From contig JAVZCV010000036.1 in assembly GCA_038874215.1 (NCBI GenBank), positions 1 through 6,413 of the forward strand: 6,413 nt of DNA. Direction: 5' to 3'. This document shows positions 1 to 5,400 of the stretch, piece after piece; the stretch's first letter is position 1; each line of letters begins with the position of its first letter. The translations under genes were made by a program, and so were the position numbers. The notes beneath the pieces are model-generated. The model was not told the origin of the DNA, ran no database searches, and saw only the letters and a list, made by a program, of their open reading frames with translations. This DNA is from Candidatus Micrarchaeia archaeon. GTDB lineage: Archaea; Micrarchaeota; Micrarchaeia; Burarchaeales; JAVZCV01.

Positions 1-1542
1 GATAACTGAGTTTTTAGACTCTTCCTCTAATTCCTTTAACACTTGATGGACATCGGATATTGTGAAATGGGATGAGATTGAAAAAATGTCCGTATCCTTT
101 TCTATAACCAAACCGGAGAGGAGACGTTCATACGTGCTGCCTGCCTTGGTAAGGCCTTTTAGGATTTTGATGGTGCCATCTACCGTATCTGCAATTTTAT
201 CTGCGCATTTCAGACCCTCGCATGTAGATGCCATAGTAATGTTTATGTCGCCGTCTTTTTTATCAAAAGAAGAAACGATGAAGGTTATATTAAAATCAGG
301 GGTGTCATTCTGTGGTATGCTACGGCCGTTTATGAAATAGAAAAGCATGCCGTTTTCGTTTGATTTTGCTCGCAATCGCTTGAAGTCTGAATTTTCAAGG
401 ATTGATTTTTTATTGCCGTCAGACACATCAAGGATGTTTTTTATGTTGGTTGGCGCTTCTTTTTCAGTCACAAAAAGCACGGAATCGTCTTTTATAAATA
501 CTAATGAAAAAACAGTAGGAGTATCATAAGTAGCTTTAAGGCTGTATGTATGGATGGTGTGGGGCCCGTGGGCAATTTCGGTTAATTTGACATTGTTGGC
601 TGTCGTATAGGTGAAAAAAGCCTCTTTGCTTATGCCGCCTTCAATAAAAATTGCAAAGTAATTGAAGGCACCGATTTGCTGTAAGAAGGTAGAAGGGGCT
701 ATGAAATTGTCGCTTGAAGGAGCAGAGACGGTTTTTGGAACATCAGTATTTATTTCTCCGAAAAAGACCAGTCTGGAGACATTGCTCGCAGAAACAAAAG
801 AAATGTTTCTGCTAATCTCATTTAGGATCTCATCAACACTCCTGTTTGTTGTATTCTTTATGTAATCTTGAATGTCTTTGTCATTAAGCATTTTTTGTGT
901 GTTTATTTGAAGTAGGATGGTAGCATTTTCTGGCACAATGGCAAGATAGGATTTCTGCTGGGGTGCAAAGAGGGATTGGAGAAAACCGAAAACAACGAAC
1001 AGAAACAAGCCAAGCAGTAGTACGACGACTAAACCGATAAAAAGCGCCTTTTTGTTATCGCCTGCCAAAAAAGCAGATAATTTGTCCTTTACTTCTTGGA
1101 ATGGGCTTTTACTTTCCTGTGCTTCTGTTTGCATAACGGATACGGGCTTATCGCCAAAAGCCCCGCCAGTCCATTTAGGACCGAAATCCGCTTTTCCCTC
1201 CTCAACTTTACTTTCTTCAAACATGGGTTTTTCAGCCGTCTGAGTATAACCATATCCGAGAGGCATCTGCTCTTCTTTTTTTTCTTCTCTTTTCCACCAT
1301 AGATCCCCAGCTCCGATGGCTTCATCCCGTATGCCTGATTCTTTTTCTCCTTCGTGTGAAGGAGTCGGTTCAGGAGCAGGAATGACTCTCGCTTTTTCTC
1401 TTTCCGATAGCGCTATTCGTATCCCTTCATTAACTTCGTCCTTTGGCCAACCCTTATCAAGTAGCGCTTTTCTTATTTCTTCATCCGAATAACCAAGATC
1501 AAGGCATTTTCTTACATAATCCAACAATATTTCGCTTACCAT
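1..1542 (-). CDS. Large single-pass membrane/surface protein (partial, 3' end beyond window start; at least 514 aa)
   Basis: Hand-translated: open from ATG at 1542 (preceded by SD-like GGTGGAG) to position 1 with no stop. Absent from the ORF track. Begins MVSEILLDYVRKCLDLGYSDEEIRKALLDKGWPKDEVNEGIRIA, then a charged low-complexity linker, one TM helix (ALFIGLVVVLLLGLFLFVVFGFL, about aa 166-188) and a long C-terminal domain with 8 N-X-S/T sequons. Confidence 0.9.
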   Translation of the reverse strand, partial: MVSEILLDYVRKCLDLGYSDEEIRKALLDKGWPKDEVNEGIRIALSEREKARVIPAPEPTPSHEGEKESGIRDEAIGAGDLWWKREEKKEEQMPLGYGYTQTAEKPMFEESKVEEGKADFGPKWTGGAFGDKPVSVMQTEAQESKSPFQEVKDKLSAFLAGDNKKALFIGLVVVLLLGLFLFVVFGFLQSLFAPQQKSYLAIVPENATILLQINTQKMLNDKDIQDYIKNTTNRSVDEILNEISRNISFVSASNVSRLVFFGEINTDVPKTVSAPSSDNFIAPSTFLQQIGAFNYFAIFIEGGISKEAFFTYTTANNVKLTEIAHGPHTIHTYSLKATYDTPTVFSLVFIKDDSVLFVTEKEAPTNIKNILDVSDGNKKSILENSDFKRLRAKSNENGMLFYFINGRSIPQNDTPDFNITFIVSSFDKKDGDINITMASTCEGLKCADKIADTVDGTIKILKGLTKAGSTYERLLSGLVIEKDTDIFSISSHFTISDVHQVLKELEEESKNSVI

Positions 1543-1558
1543 ATCTCCACCCAAAAAT

Positions 1559-2173
1559 CTATATTGATATGAAATTCACACCCCCATTTTCTAAATCCAA
1601 TATTGCTGCCCGCCCCCTGCTTGCAGAGCCGACTTTTACGATAATCGTATCGCCAAGCATCGCTTTTCCCTCGTGCTCGTGGATATGCCCGCACACGTTC
1701 ATGTATGGTTTCTTTTTTTCTATTATTTCCCTGATGGCAGTTGAGCCTGCATTTCCTTTTGGCGTCATGTCAAAGTAGCCTTTTGGTGGTGCATGAGTAA
1801 AGAGCACTGTTTTGCTGTCTATTTCAAGCCCTTCGAGGTCTGCCAGAATTTCCTCTTCTTTTTTCTCGCTCGGGGTTCCAAAAGGCGTCGGTCCGCTTCC
1901 CCCGTAGCCAACAAAGTTAAACTGCCCGAAATCAACCCTCTTTTTATGTAGGCTTACGCCCCTCTCGTCAAGCATATCAACAACCTGTGGAGGATCACAA
2001 TTTCCGTGTATGGCGAGGAGGTTTGGAACGGCGTCCAGTATCTTCATGACATAGGATATGGGCGTGCGTGTTATGAAATCCCCAATAATTACGATGAGGT
2101 CTGTATCCACCCTACGAAGCCCTTCTATTAGCGCCTCGTCTCCATGAAGGTCTGATAAAACAAAAATCTCCAA
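1559..2173 (-). CDS. Calcineurin-like metallophosphoesterase, Icc-related (COG2129-like)
   Basis: Metal-binding motifs SDLHG, IGD, HGNCD, THAPP and CGHIHE are present. TTG at 2173 is preferred as the start (SD GAGGTG upstream, gives MEIFVLSDLHG). The alternative is GTG at 2182. Confidence 0.9.
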   Translation of the reverse strand: MEIFVLSDLHGDEALIEGLRRVDTDLIVIIGDFITRTPISYVMKILDAVPNLLAIHGNCDPPQVVDMLDERGVSLHKKRVDFGQFNFVGYGGSGPTPFGTPSEKKEEEILADLEGLEIDSKTVLFTHAPPKGYFDMTPKGNAGSTAIREIIEKKKPYMNVCGHIHEHEGKAMLGDTIIVKVGSASRGRAAILDLENGGVNFISI

Positions 2174-2185
2174 CCGTTCCACCTC

Positions 2186-2689
2186 TCACAAACCTATGAA
2201 ATTCCTGTTTCCCCTGTCAAACAATTTTTTTTCCCTCCTTCCGCTATCGTGAATTTTAACAACTTCGCCCACGAAGATAGTATGGTCGCCCGTTCCTATG
2301 CTGGCTACGACCTTGCATTCCATGTTGGCCATGCATTCTTTTATGAGCGGGGGTTTAACGCAATCAGCCTTCATTGGCGTTAGCTTTGAGAATTTGTCCG
2401 TGTCTCTGCCGCTCGTCGTACCACAGAAGAGCGCTTCCTCAACCATATTCTCGGAGGGTATGCCAAGCACGAACTCTCTCGTCTCACTTATGGATTTGTG
2501 GCTGTATCTCGTGTTCCCGACACATATTGCCACCATGAAAGGATTGAATGAGGCGGGCATCGCCCACGCAAGTGTTATTATGTTGGCTTTGCCTTCTTTG
2601 TTTACGCTACTCACAAGAACAACCTGCGCTGGATAAAGCCAGTGGTACGGTTTTTCGGCGTAGTTGTATTCAAAGTCGGTTTCAGACAT
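2186..2689 (-). CDS. Flavin reductase-like (DIM6/NTAB, flavoredoxin-type) FMN-binding split-barrel protein
   Basis: Family-typical segments: LYPAQVVLVSS, NIITLAW, RYSHKSI, CGTTSGRDTDKF, MECKV and GDHTIFVGEV. Confidence 0.9.
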   Translation of the reverse strand: MSETDFEYNYAEKPYHWLYPAQVVLVSSVNKEGKANIITLAWAMPASFNPFMVAICVGNTRYSHKSISETREFVLGIPSENMVEEALFCGTTSGRDTDKFSKLTPMKADCVKPPLIKECMANMECKVVASIGTGDHTIFVGEVVKIHDSGRREKKLFDRGNRNFIGL

Positions 2690-3467
2690 GCTCTCCCTTT
2701 ATGCCCAACAGTATAAGTTTTTTTTCCAAATCTTCTTTAAGTTTTTCGGCTATGAAGTGCTTTGTGTATGCGTCTCCTTTTGCTGCGATTGATATCTTCG
2801 CTGATAGGAGACGCGCAATTTTTCCGCGCACTTTCTTCGGGGACATGCTTATGTATGGATGCTTAAATATTATTCCGTGTTTAGGTGGCTTTGTGTGTTT
2901 TCTCAGATGCTTGAAAAGCGCTTTCTCGGCTCCCATAACCTGAATTCTGCTCGCCGACATTCGTGCGAGTTTTTCTATGCTGCCTGCCTTGGCGATGAGC
3001 TCCGCTGTAATAGCAGGGCCTACTATGTAAGATGTGTTGGGGGCAACATCTGATGCAAGCTTCTCCTCGTATTCGGAAAGTTTCTTTCTAATTTCGTAGA
3101 GGGATAGGATGAGTTTTGCGAGCTCTTTCATCTGCTCTATATCATCTGGCTCAAATTTAGCGCCGAGGCTCTTAGATGCGCTATTTGCTATCTCATGCGC
3201 TTTTTTTGAACCAACAACTTTTGCGAGTTCTTCTTCATCTATTGAATCCCTGTTTATCGCAAGAACGAGCTGTGGAAACTTCTCGCCCTCTGCCTTCAAT
3301 TCGGGGAAATAGAGGCCGTACCATTCTCGCAACCTTGTGCTGAGCAGGTTTATCGTTTTATCAAGCTCTGAGACTGCGCCGACTGTATGTATCAGAAGCC
3401 TGTCCCTCTCGCCAAGAGCTACTGAAACGGCTTCGCGAGTTCTTCTCAAAATCTCGTCTCGGTCCAT
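2682..3467 (-). CDS. nop5: Nop5 (aNOP56/58) box C/D RNP scaffold protein, coiled-coil plus Nop domain, short N-terminus
   Basis: Signature segments LDKTINLLSTRLREWYGLYFPEL, APN, IQVMGAEKALFKHL, PPKHGIIF and RGKIARLL. ATG at 3467 has SD GGGGTGA, and an in-frame TGA lies immediately upstream. Confidence 0.93.
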   Translation of the reverse strand: MDRDEILRRTREAVSVALGERDRLLIHTVGAVSELDKTINLLSTRLREWYGLYFPELKAEGEKFPQLVLAINRDSIDEEELAKVVGSKKAHEIANSASKSLGAKFEPDDIEQMKELAKLILSLYEIRKKLSEYEEKLASDVAPNTSYIVGPAITAELIAKAGSIEKLARMSASRIQVMGAEKALFKHLRKHTKPPKHGIIFKHPYISMSPKKVRGKIARLLSAKISIAAKGDAYTKHFIAEKLKEDLEKKLILLGIKGEHV

Positions 3468-3518
3468 TCACCCCACTCCATAAAGCGAAAAACGCCCAAC
3501 CAGTATATTTTGATAGAG

Positions 3519-3534
3519 TATTAAAATAATTTCT
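3519..3534 (-). promoter_or_regulatory. Putative BRE/TATA promoter for the nop5 operon
   Basis: The minus strand reads AGAAATTA-TTTTAATA about 50-65 nt upstream of the nop5 ATG, in an AT-rich intergenic gap. Motif resemblance only. Confidence 0.35.
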
Positions 3535-3551
3535 TGTTAGCTGAGCACATC

Positions 3552-4016
3552 TTATGAACTCTGGTATATCTCAATTGTTCCGTTTCTGTTTCTTATGAAA
3601 ATGTTGCGAAGCGTGTTATTGAGTGTATAGCCGTATTCGGTGCCGTTTTGCAGGTATGCGAAATTGGTGGGTGAAACTGTGATGTTTTTTGTGAGAATTG
3701 GCAAAGATATATCGGATTGGTTTTCTTCATAGTAAATATCAACCGAGCCAGACAGCGTGTTTATTACGAGCGTGTATGTCATGAAACCTTCTGCGCGTGA
3801 TGGGATGGTGAAGTTACGCATATAGCCGTCTCCCGCGCGCACGGCATTGTCTATTTCTTCCGCAACCTGAAAGCCCAATTCCTCGGCTATGCCTTTTGTC
3901 TGCATGCGCGCATCCCGCATTGCATCGCTTGTAAAGAGTGCTAACAAAACCACAAAAGCAAGCACAACAACGCCAAATATCACTAGGTATTCAACGGCAC
4001 TCTGAGCTCTATCCAT
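3552..4016 (-). CDS. Class III signal peptide-containing (type IV pilin-like) protein
   Basis: Starting from ATG 4016 gives MDRA|QSAVEYLVIFGVVVLAFVVLLALF: basic residue at -2, Q at +1, E at +5, then a hydrophobic helix. Six N-X-S/T sequons follow. The ORF track start (4031) is 5 codons earlier. Confidence 0.85.
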   Translation of the reverse strand: MDRAQSAVEYLVIFGVVVLAFVVLLALFTSDAMRDARMQTKGIAEELGFQVAEEIDNAVRAGDGYMRNFTIPSRAEGFMTYTLVINTLSGSVDIYYEENQSDISLPILTKNITVSPTNFAYLQNGTEYGYTLNNTLRNIFIRNRNGTIEIYQSS

Positions 4017-4023
4017 CAAACCA

Positions 4024-4518
4024 CTATCCAAAAGGAGGATAGACTACTACACAGCGAGGCGTAGAGGCTCCGCATGTGCCCGCATCGTCCATTGCTTCTA
4101 TTGTAAGGTGGTAGGTGCCGCTCTTGCTGAATCTTTCTGCATAAGTGCTATCAGCCCATTTTGTAGGGACTAATGTAAGAGCTACAACGTCGCTCTTACC
4201 CGAGGGTGTGAGCACTCTTATTACCACCTCTCTCCCGCTTGTTATTGATGAGCCTCCGCTCGCCTCCTGTCCTATTATTATTTTCTCCGTATTCTGCGGT
4301 ACTGAAATTAGAAGATTCATTTTTGCTGGCGGGCCCATAGCGCCGACTATATCTATCGCGTTCTTTATCCTTTTTGCCGTGTTTTCTGCTTGCGCTATCG
4401 CTATTTGCTGTGAGGAATTGCTCACTTGTAGATAAACCAAAAAGATGACAGGTAGTATTACGGCAACGGCAAACGCTATCGTTATCAGGAGTTCGGTGCT
4501 GACCTGTGCTTTTACCAT
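4024..4518 (-). CDS. Class III signal peptide-containing (type IV pilin-like) protein
   Basis: Starting from ATG 4518 gives MVKA|QVSTELLITIAFAVAVILPVIFLVYL (Q+1, E+5). The longer ORF-track start at 4677 overlaps the upstream gene and would bury the signal peptide. Confidence 0.85.
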   Translation of the reverse strand: MVKAQVSTELLITIAFAVAVILPVIFLVYLQVSNSSQQIAIAQAENTAKRIKNAIDIVGAMGPPAKMNLLISVPQNTEKIIIGQEASGGSSITSGREVVIRVLTPSGKSDVVALTLVPTKWADSTYAERFSKSGTYHLTIEAMDDAGTCGASTPRCVVVYPPFG

Positions 4519-4542
4519 ACAATCCCAATGGTTATCGTTCCG

Positions 4543-4560
4543 TATAATATTAACCTTTTG
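4543..4560 (-). promoter_or_regulatory. Putative BRE-TATA promoter for the pilin-like gene pair (short or no leader)
   Basis: The minus strand reads CAAAAGG-TTAATATTATA about 25-42 nt upstream of ATG 4518, overlapping the stop codon of the upstream gene. Confidence 0.5.
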
Positions 4561-4891
4561 CAGTCCAGATTTCGTTAAGCGCGGATTGCATTGCGTATAT
4601 GGTATAAAGTGTGAGAGGGGGTATTGCAAAAATAACCAATAACGCCCGTGTGTCAAGGCCGTTAAAGCCGCTGTCAATTGAGAGGTGGTCTATCTCGTTT
4701 AGCGTTTTCCAAACCACAAAAAGGTTTAATATGGGGATTATAAATACGAGCGTGCGGAGGAGGGGGTTGATATCAAGCGATGCATACTCTGAAATTTCTT
4801 TATTTATTTTATAATACCAGAATATAGCGTAGAGCCCAAAGGTTGAGATGATAAAGGCAATAACCCTCATTGGGTCAATCGGCTCTCCCAC
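4550..4891 (-). CDS. Small multi-pass membrane protein, DUF4234-like
   Basis: Three hydrophobic segments with the pattern STFGLYAIFWYYKINKEI ... IPILNLFVVWK ... YAMQSALN, resembling DUF4234 from memory. GTG start with GGGGT upstream. Confidence 0.75.
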   Translation of the reverse strand: MGEPIDPMRVIAFIISTFGLYAIFWYYKINKEISEYASLDINPLLRTLVFIIPILNLFVVWKTLNEIDHLSIDSGFNGLDTRALLVIFAIPPLTLYTIYAMQSALNEIWTAKG

Positions 4892-4920
4892 ACAAACCCC
4901 ATGTATTCAAGGAGCGTTGT

Positions 4921-4938
4921 ATTTTATATAATTTTGTT
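4921..4938. promoter_or_regulatory. Bidirectional TATA box between divergent genes
   Basis: Palindromic TTATATAA at 4924-4931. It lies about 23-30 nt before the Lrp ATG (4954) and about 33-40 nt before the GTG at 4891 on the other strand. Confidence 0.55.
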
Positions 4939-4953
4939 TATCATAATTGAAAC

Positions 4954-5262
4954 ATGATAACTGCGATAGTATTAATTGAAGCGGAGGTTGGTGCGGCAAT
5001 AGATGTCGCAGAGAAGGTTGCAGCATTACCAGAAGTGCGAGAAGCGTACACTGTTGCAGGAAATTACGATGTGGTGGCAATAGTATGCGTTAAGGAATTT
5101 GAGGAAACGAGCCGAGTAGTGGTTGGGAAGATATCAAACATACCGGGAGTGAAGAAAACAACGACGCTTTTTGCTTTTGAATGCTTCTCCAGATATGACG
5201 TTGAGAGGATGTGGGGCGTAGGATTTGAGGAGAAGATAAACCAAAAAACACCCTCGCAATAG
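4954..5262 (+). CDS. Stand-alone Lrp/AsnC ligand-binding (RAM) domain protein, no HTH
   Basis: MITAIVLI...LPEVREAYTVAGNYDVVAIV...IPGVKKTTTLFAF matches the AsnC C-terminal domain. The protein is 102 aa with no N-terminal helix-turn-helix. Confidence 0.9.
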   Translation: MITAIVLIEAEVGAAIDVAEKVAALPEVREAYTVAGNYDVVAIVCVKEFEETSRVVVGKISNIPGVKKTTTLFAFECFSRYDVERMWGVGFEEKINQKTPSQ

Positions 5263-5277
5263 TGGATGCTTGCAGAA

Positions 5278-5312
5278 ACCGGATTAGAGGGGTTCGATTC
5301 CCTTCCCCAGCT
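5278..5312 (+). tRNA. tRNA-Cys 3' half (positions 38-73)
   Basis: A38, CCGGA anticodon-stem strand, TTAG variable loop, AGGGG-TTCGATT-CCCTT T arm, CCCCAGC acceptor strand and T discriminator. No encoded CCA. Confidence 0.93.
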
Positions 5313-5337
5313 TTAAACTTGAAAAGACGTCGTCTGG

Positions 5338-5373
5338 GCTGGGGTGGCAGAGTGGCTATGCGTCCGGCTGCAG
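5338..5373 (+). tRNA. tRNA-Cys 5' half (positions 1-37)
   Basis: GCTGGGG acceptor strand, T8, D arm GCAG-AGTGGCT-ATGC with the conserved GG, TCCGG stem strand and CT-GCA-G loop. Confidence 0.93.
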
Positions 5374-5400
5374 AACAAAATTTTAGTGGGGGGCGTCATA

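Larger units (their letters stand above)
5278..5373 (+). tRNA. tRNA-Cys: Circularly permuted tRNA-Cys(GCA) gene: 3' half, 25-nt linker, 5' half
   Basis: Joining 5338-5373 to 5278-5312 gives GCTGGGG TG GCAG AGTGGCT ATGC G TCCGG CTGCAG|A CCGGA TTAG AGGGG TTCGATT CCCTT CCCCAGC T (71 nt). Acceptor stem 7/7 WC, anticodon stem 5/5 WC, T arm intact, GCA anticodon, U73. Confidence 0.93.

Noticed and set aside
1271..1293. Pyrimidine/T-rich run as a terminator or frameshift site
   Set aside because: It encodes KREEKKEE in the open minus-strand frame, and no frameshift is needed.
62..1778. Short ORF-track ORFs (62-340, 347-529, 662-865, 1052-1243, 1089-1325, 1096-1302, 1443-1778)
   Set aside because: They are antisense or out-of-frame shadows of the long minus-strand CDS 1-1542 and the phosphoesterase.
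3482..3544. Box C/D sRNA or K-turn upstream of nop5 (TTGATAG at 3510 ... CTGA at 3541; weak hairpin 3482-3497)
   Set aside because: The C box is degenerate, the spacing is too short, there are no C'/D' boxes, and the hairpin has only 3 WC pairs.
2682..3551. Nop-domain protein as an IS110 transposase or TIGR-Tas effector
   Set aside because: The sequence carries Nop5-specific motifs (REWYG, GAEKALF, PPKHG). There is no RuvC/HNH domain and no adjacent repeat array.
5271..5375. 7-bp direct repeat TGCAGAA (5271-5277 and 5369-5375) as an att site or target-site duplication of an integrated element
   Set aside because: CTGCAG is self-complementary, so the BHB pairing strand necessarily resembles the anticodon loop. 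The two extra As before A38 fit a 3-nt bulge rather than a duplicated loop. Integration normally leaves one intact tRNA, and there is no integrase in the window.
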